NCBI GenBank assembly: GCA_046074525.1
Contig: JBJTOK010000030.1
Location: forward strand, 4,845 to 68,844
Direction: 5' to 3'
Length of the DNA stretch: 64,000 bases
From: Flavobacteriales bacterium
Lineage (GTDB): Bacteria > Bacteroidota > Bacteroidia > Flavobacteriales_C > GCA-002722245
Part shown: positions 31,350-39,561 of the stretch, piece by piece
Layout of the letters: each line of letters starts with the position of its first letter
How positions within the stretch are numbered: position 1 is the first letter of the stretch
The notes under the pieces: generated by a model
Told to the model about the DNA's origin: nothing
Seen by the model: only the letters and a program-made list of their open reading frames with translations
The model's database searches: none
Translations under genes and position numbers: made by a program

Positions 31350-31778
31350 TTATTGCCTTTTCTTTTTTCTCCAAGTAATAACTACGTTAACAAGAAACAG
31401 CAGCAACCCCACAATATGAGCACAAAGTGCAACAGTGATAAACTCATTGATCAGCTCTACCTCGATGATTTTTTGCACATGTATAAAATGGATAAAACCG
31501 ATAAGAGGATTAAACAGGAAAAGGACCGCTGAAAGAAAATGAAGAAAAGCCAGCAGCAGGTTAAAAGACTGTTTTTTGAGGAAGCTTATCAGCCAGTATA
31601 AAAAGCCCTGTATTCCTGCCCATAAAGCAAAAAAGTAAAACAAATGGCCTTCACTTATTATGAAATAAGTGTCGTGTACATTGATGTCGAAAGCACCATC
31701 ACTAGCATTATAGCCTGTAAACACCAGGAAAAGTGCTAACAATGCAAACCAAATCTCGGGCAGTTTTACAAATCTCAT
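31350..31778 (-). CDS. Small membrane protein resembling a cytochrome c oxidase subunit I segment
   Basis: Four hydrophobic segments; DINVHDTYFII resembles the CoxI D..LHDTY(F)VV motif. Confidence 0.65.
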   Translation of the reverse strand: MRFVKLPEIWFALLALFLVFTGYNASDGAFDINVHDTYFIISEGHLFYFFALWAGIQGFLYWLISFLKKQSFNLLLAFLHFLSAVLFLFNPLIGFIHFIHVQKIIEVELINEFITVALCAHIVGLLLFLVNVVITWRKKKRQ

Positions 31779-31871
31779 GGATAGCTAAAGTAATTATTCC
31801 TTTTTTTTCCTGTTTTTGTGCAGGCGCAAAACCAAGGTATTTTTTTATATTAGATTCAAAATCTTGGAGTT

Positions 31872-32549
31872 ATGAAAAAGAATTTTGTTTTCTTTCTGTT
31901 GGTTGTTTTCCTCGGTAATGTACAAGCGCAGGGTTTTATAAAGGCAGGATGGGGCATTCGCTCCATGCACATGGAAGCCCTTGACATTGTTATCAATAGC
32001 TACAACGACAGTCGTACATGGCTGGATGAAAAAATGCCTTATATCAATTACACCAACGGTTATTCCATAGGCTTTGGATTTATGAGTGAAAAAAGAGAAT
32101 TCTCGCTTTCGCACATCGGAAACTGGCGAACGGTAAGCGCTTCGGGAATACAACCGGCGAACAGCACTTTTGCTCAACGCGACCTTTATTTGCGTTACAA
32201 TCAATTTCAAATGCCTATCATTTGGTATCCTTCAGGAGGAAAGTTGGGAATAGGTGCTTCTGTTGACGTAGGCTATCTCCGTTTTAAAACAAAATTAACC
32301 GGGCAAAATGAGTACGATGCTGTACAAAAGGACTTAAAAGTTGGCAGCAGCCTTCTCCTGAAGTTTATTACCAGCAAGGAAAAGCCCGGATTGTCGTTTA
32401 CACTCAGTTTACATACTCCTTATTTCGCCACTGATTTTTACACCCTGGATACTAAACTTAATCCCGTAGATAGCTACTACACCGGCGAAAAGGGAAATCC
32501 TGTCCAAATTGGATTTACAATGGAGTATTATCTGATAATGAAGAATTGA
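31872..32549 (+). CDS. Hypothetical exported protein, probably an outer membrane beta-barrel
   Basis: Signal peptide ending AQA; amphipathic strands. Confidence 0.6.
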   Translation: MKKNFVFFLLVVFLGNVQAQGFIKAGWGIRSMHMEALDIVINSYNDSRTWLDEKMPYINYTNGYSIGFGFMSEKREFSLSHIGNWRTVSASGIQPANSTFAQRDLYLRYNQFQMPIIWYPSGGKLGIGASVDVGYLRFKTKLTGQNEYDAVQKDLKVGSSLLLKFITSKEKPGLSFTLSLHTPYFATDFYTLDTKLNPVDSYYTGEKGNPVQIGFTMEYYLIMKN

Positions 32550-32670
32550 ATTTTCTCTCAATTCGCATTTAATATGTGATTTTTGTTAGCATCTGCTGAA
32601 AAGGAATTTCCTGCAAAAAGTTTTTTATTTATTTCATTTGCTCGCCAATTAAATAATAAAATTCTGTTAC

Positions 32671-32904
32671 ATGAAAAATACTGAAGAGGGAATAATTCCT
32701 GAAGAAATAATTATGGATAAAATTTACTTTATCTGCGGACAAAAAGTAATGCTGGATAATGATCTGGCTGCTTTATATGATGTAGAGACAATGCAGCTTA
32801 AGCGACAAGTAAGACGCAATATTGAACGCTTTCCTAAGGATTTTATGTTTGAGTTGACTCAGGAGGAACTCAATAACTTGAGGTCGCAAATTGCGACCTC
32901 ATAA
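32671..32904 (+). pseudogene. ORF6N-domain gene, 5' part, interrupted by an integrative element
   Basis: GQKVMLDNDLAALYDVET..LKRQVRRNIERFPKDFMFEL...LRSQIATS, followed by a stop supplied by the element end. Confidence 0.9.
32878..32901. repeat. Left att core (palindromic)
   Basis: TGAGGTCGCAA-A-TTGCGACCTCA, perfect 11-bp arms. Confidence 0.88.
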
Positions 32905-32925
32905 AACCTATGGAGCGGCTTGATA

Positions 32926-32956
32926 AATCAAGGGATTAGGCTTATTCAAGGGCTTG
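32926..32956 (+). promoter_or_regulatory. Two IHF-like host-factor sites between the att core and the arm sites
   Basis: AATCAAgggaTTA matches WATCAANNNNTTR; ATTCAAgggcTTG has 1 mismatch. Confidence 0.45.
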
Positions 32957-32957
32957 A

Positions 32958-32979
32958 GAGTAACAAAGGGGTAACAAAA
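32958..32979 (+). repeat. Putative integrase arm-type sites (left)
   Basis: GAGTAACAAAGGGGTAACAAAA, 20/22 identical to 38190-38211; tandem GTAACA at 11-bp spacing. Confidence 0.7.
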
Positions 32980-33049
32980 AGTGCAGAACCGGGGCTAATT
33001 AGCCCGAAACTACTCAGTTTTATGCTCCTTTGGGTTTACCTATCTTGAG

Positions 33050-33355
33050 CTATTCCAATGCTTTTCCACGAAAAACAAGAAATTCTGTTGAGCCAAAGCC
33101 AACACCATGTTCAAGTCCTTTTACTTGGCAAATTTTACCATTCTCTAAACATGGTGTTATTCTCGCAAACAATGTGTCTCCCTCTTGAAATCTTGCGCCA
33201 CTTGAAGGTTTCCGCTTATTGCTTGGAAAACAAAATTTATTTCCATCCTGTAAATCCTTCATCTCAACAAATGAATATTCTTCATTTCCCCTTAAAGAAA
33301 CGGTTGGGCTGATTTGTACAAAATCGGAAAACTTATATTCCTTCCACTCACTCAT
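33050..33355 (-). pseudogene. hsdS: Truncated type I R-M specificity subunit (101 aa, part of TRD1 only)
   Basis: [27 protein letters not shown] and GFGSTEFLV motifs; stops long before the normal ~400-aa length. Confidence 0.85.
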
Positions 33356-34986
33356 TTTTCATTTTGTATTCGTTCAACATCTCTCTCAATATCCTGCAAC
33401 ACGAAATTATAGACGGTTTCTACAATGGATTCTATTTCTTGCGCCGTAAGTTGCTCGTGATACAACTTTTTTATGAATGGTTGTTGGTTGTTGTAGTTGA
33501 CCAATGCGAACCCATACCAATAGGTTTCAATTTTAAAATTGATTTGAAATCCTGAACCAATATCTGCTGTACCGGCTTTTTTTAAGCCGAATAAGCGATA
33601 AGAGAAATACAATTCAAAATTGTTTTTTAAAAATTGTTCGTCTTTCCATCCCTCGGCCAACTGGCTTATGTCGGTGATATTCTTTTCTTTTCCCTGCCAT
33701 TGACAAGTACACGAATAAAATAACTCTTTAACGTCTTTCATTCCTTTAAGCAAGGCTTGATAAAGGGGAAGCACGCTTTTATCAATTATTTCAAATAAAA
33801 TAGCGGTAGTGGCAGTTTGTTTAATACCGTCACCTTTTAGTTGCGCCAATTTTTCTTTTAAAGAATCAAAGCGCTTTTGAGAAGGACTTTTTAGTTCTTC
33901 GTACTCTTTTTCAATTTCGGCTTCCAGTTCTTCAACAGTGGGTAGTTCGCCACGAATATTTTGAGGCAAGAGTTCATTAATCTTGTATTCGGCAATACCG
34001 ATTGGCTTAGAAGAATCACGCAAAGCATATTCCACTACCAAGCCATCTTTGGTTTTGCAAAGAATTAAACCAATGGATTTTTCATCGTCTTTTTGTTTCA
34101 GGTGTTCATCGGCAAGGTTGAGATAAAACTCCATTTTGCCCTTATACTCCGGCTTGAACTCATCTATTTTTAAATCAATAATGATATATCTTTTCAAGCG
34201 GGTGTGGTAAAAAAGTAAGTCGAAAAAATACTCTCGTTCGCCAATCATCACTTTGTATTGTCTTCCCATGAAGGCGAAATGTTGCCCCAACTCCAGTAAA
34301 AACTTTGTGAGTTGATTCATGAGAGCATCTTCCAAATCACGTTCTTTGGCCTCTTTACCGAGATAGATGAATTCAAACTTGTAAGGGTCTTTAAATAATT
34401 GTTGAACCAGTTCGGATTGTTCAGGAGCAATAGTATTTTTAAAATTGCTTGTTATTTTTCCAACTCTTTGGTGTAAACCACCCTCAATTTGATGCACCAT
34501 TACATCGCGGCTCCATCCATTTTGTATGGTTTCCTGTACATAAAACAAGCGAGTTTCTTTGTCTTTAACCTTATCGAGCAGGGTGGTGTGGTGATACCAG
34601 CTTAATTTTGCAAGCGATTCCTGCAAAATCATAACATTTTGAATATCAGTTCTTTGTAATTTTGCAGGCGTGCCCTGCAAAATTGGTAATGTATCGATAT
34701 TTCCCAATTCGGGGTAGGCAAGAGCAAAATCTCTCATGTATCTCAGGTTACGTTGAGAAAAGCCTTTCATATCGGGAAATTCCGTTGATAGGTCTTTTGA
34801 AAGCTGCACTACAACCTTTGCTCCCCAGCCTTTTGTTTTTTCTTGAGCAGAAACAATCATACCGACTTCCCAATACAGTTTTAACAGCTCAACATTGACC
34901 GTAATAGCCGCCTTTGTGCGAGCTTGCCGTATCTTTTCCTTGAGGGTGTTTAATATGTTGATATAATCAGGATGCAATAGGCTCAT
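33352..34986 (-). CDS. YhcG/DUF1016 PD-(D/E)xK nuclease-domain protein with a C-terminal extension
   Basis: LYWEVG, GWG, GFSQRNL..MR.F, LSWYHH, KDPY.FEF, DLLFYH and IDLK motifs. Confidence 0.92.
   Translation of the reverse strand: MSLLHPDYINILNTLKEKIRQARTKAAITVNVELLKLYWEVGMIVSAQEKTKGWGAKVVVQLSKDLSTEFPDMKGFSQRNLRYMRDFALAYPELGNIDTLPILQGTPAKLQRTDIQNVMILQESLAKLSWYHHTTLLDKVKDKETRLFYVQETIQNGWSRDVMVHQIEGGLHQRVGKITSNFKNTIAPEQSELVQQLFKDPYKFEFIYLGKEAKERDLEDALMNQLTKFLLELGQHFAFMGRQYKVMIGEREYFFDLLFYHTRLKRYIIIDLKIDEFKPEYKGKMEFYLNLADEHLKQKDDEKSIGLILCKTKDGLVVEYALRDSSKPIGIAEYKINELLPQNIRGELPTVEELEAEIEKEYEELKSPSQKRFDSLKEKLAQLKGDGIKQTATTAILFEIIDKSVLPLYQALLKGMKDVKELFYSCTCQWQGKEKNITDISQLAEGWKDEQFLKNNFELYFSYRLFGLKKAGTADIGSGFQINFKIETYWYGFALVNYNNQQPFIKKLYHEQLTAQEIESIVETVYNFVLQDIERDVERIQNEK
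34603..34684. repeat. Two tandem palindromic sites ATTTTGCA-N9-TGCAAAAT, 54 bp apart, inside yhcG
   Basis: 34603-34629 versus 34657-34683: 23/27 identical, and each site is an inverted repeat. Confidence 0.75.
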
Positions 34987-36556
34987 ATTGAATTTTTTTC
35001 AAGTTGTTTTGAATACGCTTGCTTAATTCGGCTTCTTCGGCAATTTGAGCATCCAATTCTGCTTTCAGTTTGTTAAAGCGTTCGGCGAAATTAAAATCAT
35101 CTTCATCATCAGGCAGCCCAATGTACCTGCCGGGCGTAAGTACATAGTTGAGTGCTTTTACTTCGGCAATGCTTGCACTTTTGCAAAAACCTTGTATATC
35201 CTCATACTTGCCTTCGCCAGTGCGCCAGTTGTGGTACGTTCCGGCAATATCGGTAATATCATCTTTGCTTAAATCGCGGTTTTTACGACTAATTAAATGC
35301 CCGTGATTGCGGGCATCAATAAACAGGATTTCGCCCTTGCGCTGTTTTTTATCTCGGCGAATAAACCACAAACAAGCGGGTATCTGTGTATTGAGAAACA
35401 ACTTGGTAGGCAAGTTCACAATGCAATCAATCAAATCTTTTTCGATAAGAGCCTTGCGAATTTCTCCTTCGTTATTGGTTTTGGTGGTTAATGAACCTTT
35501 GGAAAGAACAAAGCCCGCCATCCCCGTTGGAGCTAAGTGATAGAGGAAATGTTGTATCCACGCATAGTTGGCATTGCCTGTTGGCGGCACTAATTTTTCG
35601 CCCAAAACGCTCCAACGGGCATCGCCTTGTAATAATTCGCCACTCCAATCGCTATCGTTGAACGGTGGATTGGCAATGATATAATCGGCCTTTACATCCT
35701 TATGGGCATCGTTTAAAAAGCTGCCTTCGTTATTCCACTTCACGTTGCTGCTGTCAATTCCACGAATAGATAAATTCATTTTTGCCAACCGCCACGTAGT
35801 TTGGTTGCTTTCCTGACCGTAAATACTAATGCGGTCTTTTGGATTAACATTGAGTTTTCCTTTGTTGTGTTTTTTGTAATAATCCTGATGCGATTGAATA
35901 AATTTTTCACTTTGCGCGAACATACCGCCGCTACCACAGCATGGGTCGAACACGCGCCCCTCATAAGGTTCGAGCATTGATACTAACAAGCGCACTACGC
36001 AGGCAGGCGTATAGAATTGTCCGCCCTTTTTGCCTTCGGCCAATGCAAACTCACCTAAGAAATATTCAAACACCTGACCCAACACATCTTTGCTTTGCGC
36101 TTCTTTAGTACCAATTACAGAAGTGCTTATCAAATCAATTAAAGCTCCCAAGCTTTGTTTATCAAGCTTTTCCTGCGCATATACTTTGGGTAATACTCCT
36201 TTGAGTGACGGATTATCTTTTTCAATAGCGTCCATTGCTTCGTCAATCAACTTTCCGATGATAGGTTGTTTGGCATTGGCTTGTAGATTTTCCCATCGGG
36301 ATTCTTTAGGAACGAAAAAAACTTTCTCGGCAAGGTATTCGTTTTTGTCTTCAGGGTCGGCTCCTTCGTATTGTCCTTTGCCTTCTTTTAAAGTATTGTA
36401 TAATTCATTGAAAGCATCGGAGATATATTTTAAGAATATCAAACCTAAAGCCACGTGCTTATATTCCGCAGCATCCATGTTTTTGCGGAGTTTATCAGCG
36501 GCCTTCCAAAGTTTCTTTTCTAAGGCTTCTTCAACTGCTTCTTTTTTCTTTGCCAT
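34967..36556 (-). CDS. hsdM: Type I restriction-modification DNA methyltransferase subunit M
   Basis: [29 protein letters not shown] and NPPF motifs. Confidence 0.96.
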   Translation of the reverse strand: MAKKKEAVEEALEKKLWKAADKLRKNMDAAEYKHVALGLIFLKYISDAFNELYNTLKEGKGQYEGADPEDKNEYLAEKVFFVPKESRWENLQANAKQPIIGKLIDEAMDAIEKDNPSLKGVLPKVYAQEKLDKQSLGALIDLISTSVIGTKEAQSKDVLGQVFEYFLGEFALAEGKKGGQFYTPACVVRLLVSMLEPYEGRVFDPCCGSGGMFAQSEKFIQSHQDYYKKHNKGKLNVNPKDRISIYGQESNQTTWRLAKMNLSIRGIDSSNVKWNNEGSFLNDAHKDVKADYIIANPPFNDSDWSGELLQGDARWSVLGEKLVPPTGNANYAWIQHFLYHLAPTGMAGFVLSKGSLTTKTNNEGEIRKALIEKDLIDCIVNLPTKLFLNTQIPACLWFIRRDKKQRKGEILFIDARNHGHLISRKNRDLSKDDITDIAGTYHNWRTGEGKYEDIQGFCKSASIAEVKALNYVLTPGRYIGLPDDEDDFNFAERFNKLKAELDAQIAEEAELSKRIQNNLKKIQYEPIAS

Positions 36557-36638
36557 TTACTCTTTTTTAAAATCGCATAAATATAAATGTAATTACTATG
36601 GGAATTACTCGCTGTTGAAAACAAATCATTCGTAGTTA

Positions 36639-38069
36639 TCACATTGTGTTTCTGGGGTCTATCATGGTTTTATTGGGTTGTTTTTCTTGAGTGGAAAACA
36701 CCTGAAACTCCGTACCTCTTGGATGATAACGGTTTTTGCTGGTGATAGCAACGCCATCTTCAACTTTAGCGGCAATATCGGTATCATGAATAATCTCCTG
36801 CGATCCGCGCATTTTGCCGTCTTTAGTGGATTGTGATATGGTGATGAATCCCGATTGCGGGTAGTGTTCTCGTAGTTCTCTCAAGCGTGGCGCATCAATC
36901 TTAAGAGTGTCGAGACTGTCAATGAAAATAAAATGAAATTTATCGTTCGGATTCGGCAGGGCTTTAACCGCATTGGTTTTTCTTTGGTCTCTTACGTGGG
37001 CATATATCTGTGTTGCACTGATACTTTTATGCCCAAGTAGTTTCGATACCGTCCATAAATCACCTTCGGGGCTATTTTCCAAAACATTGGTGGCGAAGGT
37101 GTGCCGCCCAGTATGAAAGTGCATTCGCGGTTTTTCTATCCCTGCTGCTTCAGCCCATAGTTTTAAAGAATAAGAAACCTTTTTATAAATTTTATCTGTT
37201 CCTTCTATTTCCTTCGCTTTCGGGAAAACGAAGAGGCTTTTGTCTTTGTTTTTCTCTTGTTCTTTTTTCCGCTCTTGCAATATTTCAACGGCTTGAGGAG
37301 AAAGCGGAAGGTATTCTATATCCTCCGTTTTTTCCTGCTCAAAATAAATAAACCATTCTTCCTGCCCATCAATCATTTTGGTAATGATTTCCGACCAGCG
37401 CAGCGGATTAACGTCACTCCAACGAAGTCCTGTAAAGCAGGAAAACAAGTAAGCCTGTTTATATTGAACTTCTATGTTATAAGGGGTTTCCCATAATTTT
37501 TGTAGTTCATCAATCGTAAAGGCACTACGAAAGATCGGTTTTAGTTTTAATCTTTCGTGACGGGGAATTTTTCGCATAGGATTTACATATATAATGTCCT
37601 TCCTCACTGCTTCCTCCAAAGCGGTGAAAATTGTTTTTAGGTAATAAATGGTACAGTTGTTACTCACCCTGTTAAGCATGAATTTACTGAACTCTTTAAT
37701 CCAATCGGGGTTTATGGAATGAAAAGGAATAAGTTTGCCATTGGCAAAAGTTTGGAGGTGCTTCAAAGTTTTTAGGTTATTGCGTTGATTCGCCTGCTTC
37801 CCTTTGGCGTAGGTTTCAAACCAAGCTATAAAATCAGCTTTGCGTTTGCTTTTGTCTTGAAGCCCGTTGTCCTGAACAATCAATTCATTTTCTCGCTGCG
37901 ACCTGATTTGTTGAGCAAGCTTTCTTTTTTCTTTGTCCTGCTCGGTCGGACGGTTTTTGTTGATGCAAATGTTTAGAAACTCGTAGCGGCGTTTCTTGTT
38001 GTGGTAAATGTCGAGGTAAAAGGATACTTGACCATTTCCCAACTTTTTTTCTCTCAAATAAACTCCCAT
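36639..38069 (-). CDS. Tyrosine recombinase/integrase (Arm-DNA-binding, SAM-like and catalytic domains) fused to the C-terminal half of a RecA/RadA-like ATPase
   Basis: TGLRWSD (R), QEKT (K), HTGRH, LLGH and TQIY (Y) all present; tail FIFIDSL...ITISQSTKDGKMRGS..IIHDTD. Confidence 0.9.
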   Translation of the reverse strand: MGVYLREKKLGNGQVSFYLDIYHNKKRRYEFLNICINKNRPTEQDKEKRKLAQQIRSQRENELIVQDNGLQDKSKRKADFIAWFETYAKGKQANQRNNLKTLKHLQTFANGKLIPFHSINPDWIKEFSKFMLNRVSNNCTIYYLKTIFTALEEAVRKDIIYVNPMRKIPRHERLKLKPIFRSAFTIDELQKLWETPYNIEVQYKQAYLFSCFTGLRWSDVNPLRWSEIITKMIDGQEEWFIYFEQEKTEDIEYLPLSPQAVEILQERKKEQEKNKDKSLFVFPKAKEIEGTDKIYKKVSYSLKLWAEAAGIEKPRMHFHTGRHTFATNVLENSPEGDLWTVSKLLGHKSISATQIYAHVRDQRKTNAVKALPNPNDKFHFIFIDSLDTLKIDAPRLRELREHYPQSGFITISQSTKDGKMRGSQEIIHDTDIAAKVEDGVAITSKNRYHPRGTEFQVFSTQEKQPNKTMIDPRNTM

Positions 38070-38127
38070 AACACATGGTTTTAAAGGTTTAACAATATCC
38101 TTTCAAGCCCCATATTAAAAGCCTTTC

Positions 38128-38177
38128 GGGACTTTTGTTGGGGACTTTTGTTGGGTACTTGAAGGTTCATGAACCTT
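38128..38177. repeat. Tandem 13-bp repeats plus a palindrome upstream of the integrase
   Basis: GGGACTTTTGTTG x2 (38128-38153) plus partial GGTACTT; AAGGTTCATGAACCTT palindrome at 38162-38177. Confidence 0.65.
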
Positions 38178-38189
38178 TGAAAACTATTG

Positions 38190-38211
38190 GAGTAACACAC
38201 GGGTAACAAAA
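38190..38211 (+). repeat. Putative integrase arm-type sites (right)
   Basis: GAGTAACACACGGGTAACAAAA, matches 32958-32979. Confidence 0.7.
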
Positions 38212-38317
38212 ACCCGCAAAACCCTTCGATTTAGACCAAATTAGGCATAAATCGAAAATGTCGTAACTATTTGAAAATAAGACTTTAACTTGATTTAGTT
38301 AGCTTTTCCTTTGTTTT

Positions 38318-38341
38318 TTGCGGTCGCAATTTGCGACCTCA
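38318..38341. repeat. Right att core (palindromic)
   Basis: TTGCGGTCGCAA-T-TTGCGACCTCA, 22/24 identical to the left core. Confidence 0.88.
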
Positions 38342-38634
38342 AGTTGGGGAGGTATTCGTCATCTCCCCATGGCTTTCACCGAACAAGGAGTAGCAATGCT
38401 TTCCAGCGTATTGAACAGCAAAAAGCCATTGAAGTAAATATTCAAATCATTCGAATTCTTACACGAATGAGGGAAATGATGCTTACACATAAAGACATTT
38501 TATTGAAGCTTGAACAAATGGAAAAACAAGTTGCAGAAAATCGTAAAGACGTTCTGTATATATTCGACTTGCTTAAGAAATTGGTACAGCAATCTAATGA
38601 ACCACGGACCAAGATTGGATATAAATTATCTTAA
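38321..38634 (+). pseudogene. ORF6N-domain gene, 3' part (frame change at the A5 run 38420-38424)
   Basis: Reading from 38321 gives [35 protein letters not shown]; the -1 frame continues [16 protein letters not shown]...KIGY. Confidence 0.88.
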
Positions 38635-39546
38635 TTACTTCAAATAACTCAACACGCTATCCTTCATCATCTTCGCAATTTTCCTATTTCCCTCCGCTGT
38701 AAGATGCATACTGTCAAAACTAAAATCATCCATGTTTTCGATGGCATCCGACAAAGAAATGTATTTCACTTTTCCCTTGAATTTTTGGGCAATTAATTGT
38801 CGCACCAGTTTCTGCTGAATACTGTTGTAGCTTTTTGGCTGACAAACATAAAAAGTCTTGATGTTATTAGTGCTTAGATAAGTCAGTGTTTGCTCAAGGT
38901 AGTTCAGATATTCTCCGTAAGGTTTTTTATTGTTGAGGTATAAAGTCTGCGCTAGAGAATCGTTCTCTGTAAAATATTTAGACAGGGTATTTTTCAGTGC
39001 AACGGAATTCGGATTTCGTTTATCGAATACAGGTTTGCTCACTATATTTTCCGGTGTATTCCATAGTGTGTACTTGTCTTTCAGATAAAACCACAAAATA
39101 GTTTTGTATCCAAAAGCAGAGAATAGAAGATCACCGCCGCGGAAATTACTTAAATTGAAATCTTTAGGATTCCTGTCGTTGTATCCATCGTAAAGAATTG
39201 CAGCATCGTACTGGAGATAATCATAGTATTCTACATCGTGCGAAATACCGTAAATGCCTTGTCCGTTTGCCCCCAGGTTGGCGACGGTGAAGTTGCCTTT
39301 TTCAGCCAGTTCATGCTGAAGATAGAAGGGATAACTTTCGTCTTTGTTTAAGAGATAACCAAAGGTAGTACTACCACCGAAACAGGCAATGCGGTATTCA
39401 TTGCCTTCTTTATCGCCCAGGATTTCTCCCCTGTAGCCTTCGGTGTTGAAAGCCTGCGGCAGACGGTAATGTAAATAATAATCGGCGCTGAAAAGAAGCA
39501 CAAGAAAAATGCCGAGAGCGATGCTTATATTTTTGAATGAAAGCAT
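38635..39546 (-). CDS. SGNH/GDSL hydrolase family protein with an N-terminal membrane anchor
   Basis: FGGSTTFG, NLGANG, GYND and DSMHLTAEGN blocks. Confidence 0.85.
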   Translation of the reverse strand: MLSFKNISIALGIFLVLLFSADYYLHYRLPQAFNTEGYRGEILGDKEGNEYRIACFGGSTTFGYLLNKDESYPFYLQHELAEKGNFTVANLGANGQGIYGISHDVEYYDYLQYDAAILYDGYNDRNPKDFNLSNFRGGDLLFSAFGYKTILWFYLKDKYTLWNTPENIVSKPVFDKRNPNSVALKNTLSKYFTENDSLAQTLYLNNKKPYGEYLNYLEQTLTYLSTNNIKTFYVCQPKSYNSIQQKLVRQLIAQKFKGKVKYISLSDAIENMDDFSFDSMHLTAEGNRKIAKMMKDSVLSYLK

Positions 39547-39561
39547 GCTCCCGGCATTGTA

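Larger units (their letters stand above)
32878..38341. mobile_element. 5,440-bp tyrosine-integrase integrative element carrying type I R-M remnants
   Basis: 24-nt terminal repeats TTG(A/C)GGTCGCAA(A/T)TTGCGACCTCA at 32878-32901 and 38318-38341; integrase next to one end; host gene split. Confidence 0.9.

Noticed and set aside
32878-32901. att core as a dif/Xer site or as a terminator
   Set aside because: It does not resemble the XerC/XerD dif consensus, has no T tract, and is duplicated at the far end of an integrase element
33050-33355. hsdS shufflon (invertible specificity cassettes)
   Set aside because: No second hsdS fragment and no inverted repeats within hsdS were found in the window
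38128-38160. Tandem repeats as a CRISPR array
   Set aside because: Only 13 bp, about two copies, no spacers, no cas genes
38311-38634. 107-aa ORF as an independent gene
   Set aside because: Its N-terminal part is the wrong frame of the ORF6N 3' half; only the part from about 38425 is homologous coding sequence
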